From a virus: a stretch of DNA of 64,000 nt. Shown here piece after piece: positions 56,208-64,000 of the stretch. The translations under genes were made by a program, and so were the position numbers. The notes below the pieces were generated by a model that made no database searches, was not told where the DNA came from, and saw only the letters and a program-made list of their open reading frames with translations. Each line of letters begins with the position of its first letter. Positions within the stretch are counted from its first letter, which is position 1. The stretch is from positions 1 through 64,000 of the IMG/VR virus record IMGVR_UViG_3300025141_011586. One strand, written 5' to 3'.

Positions 56208-56851
56208 AAGATAAATCTGTTGTTCTGATAACGTCCTCTGCCCCAAGACATCAATTTTTTGTGGAAACTATGTCTGAGAGGCTTGACGTAAGACTGGTTA
56301 TTTCCGAGGAAGGGGCTGTGAATACTGAGGACGTGGTTAATCTTATTAAGGATGTGGACCCAGACATTATTTTTACATTTGGATGTAATCTCTTGAAAGG
56401 GAACATCTATAAAATTCCTAAATTAGGCTGCGTGAATATACACACAGGGTTGGTTCAGAATTACAGAGGGGTTGATAGTAGCTTTTGGGCGATGCATGAC
56501 CGTAAGCCTGAAGCGGTTGGATTTACTCTACATTTTGTTGATGACTCTATCGATGCTGGTGACGTTATTTTTCAGGAAAGGCCAAAGCTATCTAGAGCAG
56601 ACAGTTTGGATGATGTATTCTTAAAGACCTGTAAGGAAGCGATTGAATCTTTGGCGCGGAAAGCCCCTGAAATAATGGAGGGAGTGGCCCCTGCCAAGCT
56701 CGCTAGGAGAGGGAAGTTATATCAATCGAAAGACATGAGCCTTGAAATAAAAACGAAGGTTGAAAAGATGCTACCAGATGTGTTATCGGGATACCTCGAT
56801 AACAAACAAGAACGAGATAAGGAGATTGAGTTAATATCATGCTTGACGTAA
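56204..56851 (+). CDS. N10-formyl-THF-dependent formyltransferase
   Basis: NIHTGLVQNYRG, GFTLH, IDAGD. Confidence 0.88.
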   Translation: MKDKSVVLITSSAPRHQFFVETMSERLDVRLVISEEGAVNTEDVVNLIKDVDPDIIFTFGCNLLKGNIYKIPKLGCVNIHTGLVQNYRGVDSSFWAMHDRKPEAVGFTLHFVDDSIDAGDVIFQERPKLSRADSLDDVFLKTCKEAIESLARKAPEIMEGVAPAKLARRGKLYQSKDMSLEIKTKVEKMLPDVLSGYLDNKQERDKEIELISCLT

Positions 56852-57696
56852 TTTTATGCACTTACAACTCAGAAGATACGATAAAAGATTGTGTTGATTC
56901 TATTTTGGGTCAAACGTTTAGTGATTTTAATTTGTACGTTTTTGACGATAACAGCAAGGATGGGACGGTGGAGTTGTTGCGAGAGTTTAACGACGATAGG
57001 ATAACCCTCATCTCCTCCGAGGATAACGTTGGAACATACGCTGCGAAAAATTTTGTATTTAAGAATTTTTGCAAGTCTCAGTATATTGCCTTACATGATG
57101 CAGATGACACTAGCGAAAAAGACAGATTTGAGTCGCAGATTAATTTTATGAAGAGTTGGGGTATTCAGTGCTTGGGGACCTGTGTCACCGAATTTTGGGA
57201 AAATGGGTCCATGCCGCATACCATATCGTTAGTTGAGGAGTTAGGGTTGGGGGAAAATGAAAGGAAGAATATATACCCAAATATGATTACGAAGGAGTCC
57301 TTGGGAGAGCTAAAGGGGGCTCTGTCTCCCAGCGGGACATATGAAAACTACGTCAATTTTAAATTTTGTATGAACGGTTCTGTTATGTTTAATAGGTTTT
57401 TGTTAGAAGACTTAGGTGGGTGGGACGGGCATGCTAGAGTAGGCGGAGATACTGATATTTTTATACGGTCTTTAGCGATTGCGAATGTCTACAACCTACA
57501 ACAGTTCCTGTATAATCGTCGCTTTCATAAAAGCTCTCTAACTGCGTCAAAAGATTGGGGAATAGGGTCCAAACGTAGGAGAAAATACAACCTGAACAGG
57601 GCCGAGGTTATAGAATCAGTTTTAGAGGGAAAGACTGTTGTTAGGGATTTCTATTACCCTGAGTTTAAACACAAAGTTATAAAATGTGTGGATTGA
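56839..57696 (+). CDS. Glycosyltransferase family 2
   Basis: TYN, DDNSKD, HDADD. Confidence 0.88.
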   Translation: MLDVILCTYNSEDTIKDCVDSILGQTFSDFNLYVFDDNSKDGTVELLREFNDDRITLISSEDNVGTYAAKNFVFKNFCKSQYIALHDADDTSEKDRFESQINFMKSWGIQCLGTCVTEFWENGSMPHTISLVEELGLGENERKNIYPNMITKESLGELKGALSPSGTYENYVNFKFCMNGSVMFNRFLLEDLGGWDGHARVGGDTDIFIRSLAIANVYNLQQFLYNRRFHKSSLTASKDWGIGSKRRRKYNLNRAEVIESVLEGKTVVRDFYYPEFKHKVIKCVD

Positions 57697-59300
57697 TAGG
57701 ATCTACAGGTCCAAAGGTCAGTAGGACCACATTAAATGATATCCACCACAGAGGGCCAGATTCCCGAGGCTTGTTCTGCGACGAAAATATCTCCATGGGA
57801 CACACTAGGTTGGAGGTCATAGATCCAGAAAATGGCTCACAGCCCAGGGTATCTGAGGAAGTCGTTTTAGTATTCAATGGGGAAATTTATAATTACTTAG
57901 AGCTAAGATGTAACCAAGAGAAGTCTGATACCGAGGTGCTATTACAGTACTATCGAAAGCACGGGATAGAGAAAACTTTAAAAGATATAAATGGGATGTT
58001 CTCTTTTGCCTTATATGATAAGAGGAAGGGCAAACTATTTCTCGTCCGAGACCGCATTGGTATAAAGCCTATGCACTATTTCCACAGAGATGGTGAGTTA
58101 GTGTTTTGTTCTGAGATAGAGCCTATTAAAAATTTGGTGGGTTTAGAAAAATTGTCGATTGACAAGTTGGCTGTTTCTATATTTTTCAGTTTGTATTACA
58201 TCCCGTCTCCTCTGACCATATGGAAAGAAATACGGAGCCTGAGACCAGGGCACTATGTGGAGTATGATATAAGCTCTGATAGTTTTTGTGATAAAGAGTA
58301 TTGGAGCTTGCCTCGCCCTACAAAAAATAAACAAAGCCTCGATGACTTGGAAAACCTATTAAGCCATTCTGTAAGATTGCGAACTCGCAGTGATGTGCCG
58401 TATGGGGCGTACCTTTCAGGAGGGGTAGATTCATCGTTGATCGTGAAGTGTATGTCAGACTTGGATGAAGGTGTTTCAACTTTTACAGCACAGATAAATG
58501 ATGAGGAGTTGGATGAGAGTTCATACGCCGCTTACGTAGCGTCCGCGTGTGAAACGGATCATACTAACCTGGAAGTAAACTATGGAGATATAACTTTAAA
58601 TTTCCTAAGAAAGATCAGTGCTAACTTTGGGCAACCGTTCGCAGATTCCTCAATCATACCTACCTATCTCATCTCTAAAAAGATTTCTGAAAATGTCACA
58701 GTTGCGTTGGGGGGAGATGGTGCAGACGAGTTATTTTGTGGGTATGATAAGTATAGCCGTATAGAAGATAAAAATGAGTTCAAGTTTTTTAGGAATGATG
58801 ATTTAAGTTTTTTAAACAAGGGTTATGTCTGCAATAATATTTTATATCTCAACTCCTTGCTTCCTTATTCTGTGGATTCCGACATCGAGTTTATGAGGCT
58901 TTTAGATATACATGTTTTTCTGGAGGGAGACATTCTTCAGAAGGTTGATAGGACCAGTATGGCAAACTCTCTAGAGGTAAGAGTTCCATTTTTAGATCAT
59001 AGAATCGTTGAGCTTTCCAACAATTTAAACTATGATATTTTATACGGGAAGCCAAGAAAGGCTGCGCTGAAGAATATCCTATCTAAGTATTTCCCAGGAG
59101 ATTTCGTAAAGCGACCTAAAATTGGTTTCATGCTCAATATGGGAGGTTGGGTTGATAAGCTCTTCTCCCGAATAAAGTCCTTTAAGGTATTTGAGGACAA
59201 CATATTTGTTAAGGATTTCAACTTTTCTGGCGTGAAAGATAATTATCTTAAATTTGCAATAATCATGTTCTCTTTATGGTATGAGGATGTCTATGCGTAG
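57684..59300 (+). CDS. asnB: Asparagine synthetase B-like glutamine amidotransferase
   Basis: MCG, HRGPD, NGEIYN, RDRIGIKP, LSGGVDSS, GDGADELF.GY, EVRVPFLD. Confidence 0.92.
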   Translation: MCGLIGSTGPKVSRTTLNDIHHRGPDSRGLFCDENISMGHTRLEVIDPENGSQPRVSEEVVLVFNGEIYNYLELRCNQEKSDTEVLLQYYRKHGIEKTLKDINGMFSFALYDKRKGKLFLVRDRIGIKPMHYFHRDGELVFCSEIEPIKNLVGLEKLSIDKLAVSIFFSLYYIPSPLTIWKEIRSLRPGHYVEYDISSDSFCDKEYWSLPRPTKNKQSLDDLENLLSHSVRLRTRSDVPYGAYLSGGVDSSLIVKCMSDLDEGVSTFTAQINDEELDESSYAAYVASACETDHTNLEVNYGDITLNFLRKISANFGQPFADSSIIPTYLISKKISENVTVALGGDGADELFCGYDKYSRIEDKNEFKFFRNDDLSFLNKGYVCNNILYLNSLLPYSVDSDIEFMRLLDIHVFLEGDILQKVDRTSMANSLEVRVPFLDHRIVELSNNLNYDILYGKPRKAALKNILSKYFPGDFVKRPKIGFMLNMGGWVDKLFSRIKSFKVFEDNIFVKDFNFSGVKDNYLKFAIIMFSLWYEDVYA

Positions 59301-59913
59301 CCCTGAAGTATCGATCATAGTAACGAATTATAACTACGGAAAGTTTGTGGCGAGGTGTATAAGAAGCTGCTTGGCACAAAAAAACGTTTGCGTGGAAGTC
59401 ATCGTCGTGGATGATAACAGTTCCGATGAGTCTGCGGAGATTTTAGACCCGTTTAAGCAGGATGTTAAATTTATTCGCAACGGGAGAAATCTAGGGGTAG
59501 CAATGTCTGCTAATAGAGGAATAAGAGCAGCCAAATCCCAGTTTGTGATCAGAGTCGATGCGGATGATTTCATATCCAGCGATATGTGCTATTTCATGAA
59601 GACATACCTGGAAGCAAATCACGATGCTTTTTGTGTCTCGTGTGATTATTTTATGGTGGACGAATATGAGAATGTCATCGAGAGGAAATACGCAGAAAAG
59701 GATGATATCTCCTGTGGCATAATGTATCGTAGAGACCTACTTTTAGAGTCAGGAGGATACAACCCTAAGATGAGGCATAAAGAGGAAAAAGAATTGCGAA
59801 AAAGACTAGGGGAATACTATAATATACATCATCTGAGGATTCCTTTTTACAGGTATAGGATGCATAACTTCAATAAAACCAAGAGTAAGGAATACGAGGA
59901 GACCAAGATCTGA
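59293..59913 (+). CDS. Glycosyltransferase family 2
   Basis: NYNYG, VDDNSSD, VDADD, YRYR.H. Confidence 0.9.
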   Translation: MRSPEVSIIVTNYNYGKFVARCIRSCLAQKNVCVEVIVVDDNSSDESAEILDPFKQDVKFIRNGRNLGVAMSANRGIRAAKSQFVIRVDADDFISSDMCYFMKTYLEANHDAFCVSCDYFMVDEYENVIERKYAEKDDISCGIMYRRDLLLESGGYNPKMRHKEEKELRKRLGEYYNIHHLRIPFYRYRMHNFNKTKSKEYEETKI

Positions 59914-59915
59914 CG

Positions 59916-60137
59916 ATGTTCACAATATTTTTAATTTACATTTTATACTGCTATAAGAATTTTTTGCCGGTGCTATGGTATGATTGGGTTCTCCTTTGTG
60001 CCGTTTTCATCGGGTCCCTTTTTTGGGACCTCTGTAAAATATCTTACGCAACAGCTATAACGAGAAGAGATTTAAATGAGTCACTCAAGGCCAGAAATCA
60101 AAATCAAGAAACTTCATTCTTTAGCAAGATTACCTGA
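59916..60137 (+). CDS. Small putative membrane protein
   Basis: 73 aa with two hydrophobic stretches; fills the gap after the last GT but overlaps the dUTPase start. Confidence 0.45.
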   Translation: MFTIFLIYILYCYKNFLPVLWYDWVLLCAVFIGSLFWDLCKISYATAITRRDLNESLKARNQNQETSFFSKIT

Positions 60138-60519
60138 AAGGCAGACTTCGGGAGCGGTAGGGTATGATATATGCACGGTGGAAGAGACTTTCTTTCCTCC
60201 AGGGGAGGTAACTCTGGTAAGGACGGGAATTTCCATAGAGCTTCCAGAAGGGTATCATGCTGAGTTATACACAAGAAGTTCCTGGGGAAAGCGTGGTCTC
60301 CATTTGGCTAACGGAGTGGGTATTATAGATTGTGACTACCGTGGCGAGTTAATTTTTTCGTATGCTAATATAAGTGCTGGGAGACATTCTATTCACCCAG
60401 GTGTCAGAGTAGGGCAGTTGTTAATTAGAAAAACGCATGTTTTAGATGTAGTGGAAGTAGATAATTTGAGCAGCACAGAGCGGGATGACGGTGGATTCGG
60501 TTCCACTGGAGAAATCTAA
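60076..60519 (+). CDS. dut: Trimeric dUTPase
   Basis: GYD, RSS, GIIDCDYRGE, Q, R..GGFGSTG. Confidence 0.95.
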   Translation: MSHSRPEIKIKKLHSLARLPERQTSGAVGYDICTVEETFFPPGEVTLVRTGISIELPEGYHAELYTRSSWGKRGLHLANGVGIIDCDYRGELIFSYANISAGRHSIHPGVRVGQLLIRKTHVLDVVEVDNLSSTERDDGGFGSTGEI

Positions 60520-60531
60520 GGAATATATGCG

Positions 60532-61737
60532 ATGCCATGGACGGAGGATGGTAAATACATTAAAAGGAGCGAACTCATGAATTTAAACATACCTGATTTG
60601 GATATTGAAGATTTTGAACCTGATCTTGACGCAGTGAAAGATGAGGTTATTGACGCTGCCAGTGGCGCGATGGTCTATGGGATTATAGGGACGGGTCAAG
60701 GCGGAGGAAGGATAGCTAAAGCGTTCTACGACCTTGGCTACCACAAGACTGTCGCAGTTAATACAGCGAAGGCTGATCTAGCCCTGCTAGAGCTTCCTGA
60801 CAACCACAAACTCCATATAGATACCTTCACGGATCAAGGTGCAGGCAAGGATCAAGAGCGGGGGAAGCAAGCTGTTGAAGAGAAGAGCCAAGAAGTATTC
60901 AATAAGCTCAGAGAGATTTTTGGAGAACGGATAGACAGAATCCTGGTATGCGCGGGGACTGCTGGAGGCACTGGTGGTGGAAGCGTAACGACCCTGGTAG
61001 GAATTGCTAAGAGATATTTCACCTACGTAGGCAAAGAGGACGCGAACAACAGAGTTGGGGTGGTTGCCTCTCTACCAACAGATGGTGAATGTGCGTCCCC
61101 TACGGTTGCTAAGAATGCATATACCAGGGTCACTGATCTGTGTGATAAAGCGAAAAAGGGCGAGTTTGCCCCGCTTATTCTAGTGGACAACCAGAAGATT
61201 AAGAAGCTTTACCCGAGTCTGACAGTCAAGCAATTTTGGCCTACCTTAAATAATACTATCGCGGGATTGTTTCATGTGTTCAACGCCTTGGCTACGCAGA
61301 ATTCTAACTATACAACTTTTGATCCTGCCGATTATGATTCCATTATGAGGGCTAAGGGCTGCATGATCATGGGCGTTACGAATGTTAAGAATTTTGAGGA
61401 GGAGACAGCCCTGTCTATGGCTCTAAAGCAAAATCTGGAGAAGACTCTGTTGGCGGAGGGATTCAATTTGAGGACTGCCAAGGCTGCTGCTTCTATAGTG
61501 GTTGGAGGATCTACCCTCTTCGAGGAAGTGGCTGGACTGATGGATTCTATTGAGTATGGTTTCGATACACTTGGAACTATGACTGGTGGAGCAACCGTGC
61601 ATCGCGGTATTTATGAGGATGAGAAGAAGCAAAGTCTTGTTGCCTATACGATAGTTGGTGGGCTTGATTCTCCGACGAAGAGAATAGAGGGGCTTAAAAA
61701 GTTTTTGAGATCGTCGGATGACGTATACGGAGAATAA
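60532..61737 (+). CDS. Tubulin/FtsZ-family GTPase (alternative start 60577 has an AAGGAG SD)
   Basis: GTGQGGGRIA (T1), NTA..D (T2), GAGKD (T3), GTAGGTGGG (T4), LVDN, N, FDPADY (T7). Confidence 0.9.
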   Translation: MPWTEDGKYIKRSELMNLNIPDLDIEDFEPDLDAVKDEVIDAASGAMVYGIIGTGQGGGRIAKAFYDLGYHKTVAVNTAKADLALLELPDNHKLHIDTFTDQGAGKDQERGKQAVEEKSQEVFNKLREIFGERIDRILVCAGTAGGTGGGSVTTLVGIAKRYFTYVGKEDANNRVGVVASLPTDGECASPTVAKNAYTRVTDLCDKAKKGEFAPLILVDNQKIKKLYPSLTVKQFWPTLNNTIAGLFHVFNALATQNSNYTTFDPADYDSIMRAKGCMIMGVTNVKNFEEETALSMALKQNLEKTLLAEGFNLRTAKAAASIVVGGSTLFEEVAGLMDSIEYGFDTLGTMTGGATVHRGIYEDEKKQSLVAYTIVGGLDSPTKRIEGLKKFLRSSDDVYGE

Positions 61738-62747
61738 TGAACGAAGAAGTTTTTAAGAGGTTGAAGGGGGCTGGATTACTTTCTGACCAGCCGATGGATT
61801 TAGGTTTAGTTCCAACAGGTTCTATGGCTCTAAATATGGTTGTATCAGGTAAATATGATGGGGGAATTCCCGTAGGAGGGATTACCCAGATAAAAGGGGA
61901 GTCTTCAACCGCTAAAACTGTTTTCGTTACAGGTATTTTAAGGGCAGCGCAAAAGAAGGGATATTATGCAGTCCTAGCTGACAGTGAGAATGCTTATAAT
62001 GTTGATTTCGCAAAGATGCTGGGGATAGATCCCACTAGGCTGTTCTATCACGCCCCAGAAAGTATAGAGGAGTCTTTTGAATATATTGAAAACACTATTA
62101 ACCAGATTAGGGATATGGATCCTGATACTCCTATTGTGGTCGGTTATGATAGTATCGCTGTTAGCCCTACTCGCAAGGAGCTAAAGGGTGAGGACTACGA
62201 GCAGTCTCAGATTGATGGAGCCTACAGGGCTAAGATAACTGGCGGGTGCCTTCGTAAGATAAACCCTATACTACGCAAAAAGAGGGTAGCGTTGGTGATC
62301 GTTAACCAGCTTAGAAGTAAGGTGGGAGTCATGTATGGAAGCCCTGATACTAACGCTGCGGGAGGTAGAGCCTTGGAATACTATCTAGCTGTGGATCTTA
62401 AAACTATATCAAACAAGACCTCTGACCTTCTCAGGAATGAGAACAAGAAGATTATAGGTATCAGAGGCACTGTGAGGAACACCAAGAATAAAGTTTCTAT
62501 GCCTTACAGGGAGTGTGAGTTCGAGCTTATGTATGATAAAGGGTTGACTGAGGACTTCGGTTTGCTGAAGAGTTTAGTTGAAGAGGGGCATATCTCTAAG
62601 AACGGAGCTTGGTATAATTGTGGAGATAAAAAGTTTCAAAACATAGATTCTTTCCGTAAACTTTTGGAGGACAAGAGTTTAGAGGAATTTGATGAAGTGA
62701 GAAAAATTTTGAAAGTTGATTTGACAAAGAAGATAGAATCACTATAA
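61737..62747 (+). CDS. recA: RecA/UvsX-like recombinase
   Basis: PTGS..LN...GGIP.G, GESSTAKT, DSE, YDSIA, NQLR.KVG, GGRAL, KNK..PYRE. Confidence 0.92.
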   Translation: MNEEVFKRLKGAGLLSDQPMDLGLVPTGSMALNMVVSGKYDGGIPVGGITQIKGESSTAKTVFVTGILRAAQKKGYYAVLADSENAYNVDFAKMLGIDPTRLFYHAPESIEESFEYIENTINQIRDMDPDTPIVVGYDSIAVSPTRKELKGEDYEQSQIDGAYRAKITGGCLRKINPILRKKRVALVIVNQLRSKVGVMYGSPDTNAAGGRALEYYLAVDLKTISNKTSDLLRNENKKIIGIRGTVRNTKNKVSMPYRECEFELMYDKGLTEDFGLLKSLVEEGHISKNGAWYNCGDKKFQNIDSFRKLLEDKSLEEFDEVRKILKVDLTKKIESL

Positions 62748-62748
62748 T
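62721..62748 (+). promoter_or_regulatory. Consensus sigma70 promoter (probable early promoter)
   Basis: TTGACA (62721-26), 16 nt, TATAAT (62743-48), with an A/T-rich UP-like tract upstream; overlaps the recA stop codon. Confidence 0.85.
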
Positions 62749-62759
62749 AGGATAAGTAA

Positions 62760-63026
62760 ATGAGCGAAGTATCAAACAAATTGGTTAGGTTCCTTGAGGA
62801 CGCTTTCGAGCGAGTCTTTCAAAAGAAAGATTTGTCCGAGATGTCGGATTCTTTGGAAATTTCTAAATGTTCATTTGAATATAAGACTCTGGAAGAGTAT
62901 ACTGAGGCGGGAAACAGGTTCAGGAGAACCAAGTCTCAGATGGAACGCAACCTCCCTAGGGAGGAAGCCTTCGAAGAGTACAAACAACAAAAACTAAAAG
63001 GAAAAGAGAATGTCAGTCCAAACTAA
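62760..63026 (+). CDS. Hypothetical protein
   Basis: 88 aa directly downstream of the consensus promoter. Confidence 0.65.
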   Translation: MSEVSNKLVRFLEDAFERVFQKKDLSEMSDSLEISKCSFEYKTLEEYTEAGNRFRRTKSQMERNLPREEAFEEYKQQKLKGKENVSPN

Positions 63027-63804
63027 ACTGAAGAACTACTCAGAGCTTAATGTCCAAGCCCCTGCGATTTTTGCAGAAGCACCAGCGGCTCATGTCTCCA
63101 AGAACTACAAGTTTGTCCCTACCTACAAGGTGCTGGAAATGTTTGCCGATCAAGGCTGGGAGCCTTACAGCGCAAACCAAGTTAAGGGTAGGACTGTTGA
63201 TGCGGATATGACTGCGAAGCACGTTGTTCGTATGAGGCATAGGGACCTCACGCTGAAGGAAGTTGGAGACACGATCCCTGAGCTGGTGTGCGTTAATGCT
63301 CACAATTGGCAATCTGGGTATAAGCTTCTCTCTGGCCTGTTCAGGCTAGTGTGCTCAAATGGCATGATTGTCCAGGATCAGAGCTTCGGAGAACCTGTCC
63401 ACCTCCGCCACGAGGGAGTCACTGGAGAGGTGGTGTATAACCTTTCCCAGAAGTTCTGTAAGGAGTCCATGAAAAATGTCGAGGAGGTCTTTCGGTGGAA
63501 GAATATTGATCTGTCCACAGACCAAAAGCGAGAGTTCGCCCAAAAGGCAACCGCCCTCCGCTGGGAAGCGGTTCCTGAGGAGTTCACAAACGAACTTCTC
63601 CGAGTTCGCCGCCCTCAGGATAAGGGAGACGATCTCTGGTCCACGTTTAATGTTGTTCAGGAGAACCTGATCAGAGGTGGTTGGTACAACTCTGATACAC
63701 GCAGGATGGTGCGCCCTATTGTAAATATCACCAAGGATATTGATATCAATTCAAATCTTTGGGAGCTAGCATCTGGATATGTTCCTGATTTTTGGAACAA
63801 CTGA
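63010..63804 (+). CDS. DUF932-like protein
   Basis: S.NY.FVPT, KH.VRMR, NAH, GLFRLVCSNGMI, H, DLWSTFNVVQENL. Confidence 0.85.
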   Translation: MSVQTKLKNYSELNVQAPAIFAEAPAAHVSKNYKFVPTYKVLEMFADQGWEPYSANQVKGRTVDADMTAKHVVRMRHRDLTLKEVGDTIPELVCVNAHNWQSGYKLLSGLFRLVCSNGMIVQDQSFGEPVHLRHEGVTGEVVYNLSQKFCKESMKNVEEVFRWKNIDLSTDQKREFAQKATALRWEAVPEEFTNELLRVRRPQDKGDDLWSTFNVVQENLIRGGWYNSDTRRMVRPIVNITKDIDINSNLWELASGYVPDFWNN

Positions 63805-63805
63805 C

Positions 63806-63813
63806 CTAAATAA
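63806..63813 (+). promoter_or_regulatory. Putative late promoter CTAAATAA
   Basis: Same 8-mer as at 18353; intergenic. Confidence 0.45.
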
Positions 63814-63853
63814 TACTGGTGGGGGGGCAAAATCTCCTCCACTGGTAAGACCT

Positions 63854-64000
63854 ATGAAGAGTAAATTCAGATCACCTCTGTACCTAGACGATGATCATCT
63901 GTATATAACGGAGGCACAGCTACAGTTTTACATCAATGGGCTGGAAAATCCAACCAAGATTTCTGACATAATGTCAGGAGGCACGGTTTCTGTGAAGTTC
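63854..64000 (+). CDS. Hypothetical protein (3' truncated)
   Basis: ATG at 63854, open to the window end (MKSKFRSPLYLDDDHLY...). Confidence 0.5.
   Translation, partial: MKSKFRSPLYLDDDHLYITEAQLQFYINGLENPTKISDIMSGGTVSVKF

Noticed and set aside
45904-59913. Host LPS or capsule locus misassembled into the phage contig
   Set aside because: Gene packing and the leaderless start match the flanking phage genes, membrane components are missing, and phage replication genes continue on both sides.
1-64000. Stop-codon reassignment as the cause of the split genes
   Set aside because: TAA, TAG and TGA all terminate conserved genes at expected positions and coding density is high under the standard code.

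Overview
A gene-dense 64 kb segment of a large lytic dsDNA phage with a T4-like contractile-tail morphogenesis module, in the standard genetic code and almost entirely on the + strand. Order: baseplate and tail-adsorption genes (1-18.3 kb, ending in a PAAR spike tip); head genes (protease, scaffold, gp23-like capsid); neck, tail terminator, sheath and tube (23.3-28.7 kb); a 3 kb block of alternating gene orientation (resolvase, Cys-less thioredoxin-like protein, gp55-like late sigma factor); replication and recombination genes (family A polymerase, gp46/47, class II RNR, GroES, helicase, UvsY, gp32); a 14 kb operon of soluble glycan-tailoring enzymes; then dUTPase, a tubulin/FtsZ-family GTPase, RecA/UvsX and a probable early region. 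The most striking feature is the DNA polymerase. It is encoded as three separate ORFs, its proofreading active site is divided between two genes 700 bp apart, and two antisense late-type genes sit in the gap. Three divergent gene pairs here each share one near-symmetric TAT(A/T)AT element placed to give leaderless mRNAs. Annotations rest on motif recognition and gene order only; no searches were run. No tRNA, rRNA, CRISPR array, intein or integrase was recognised.
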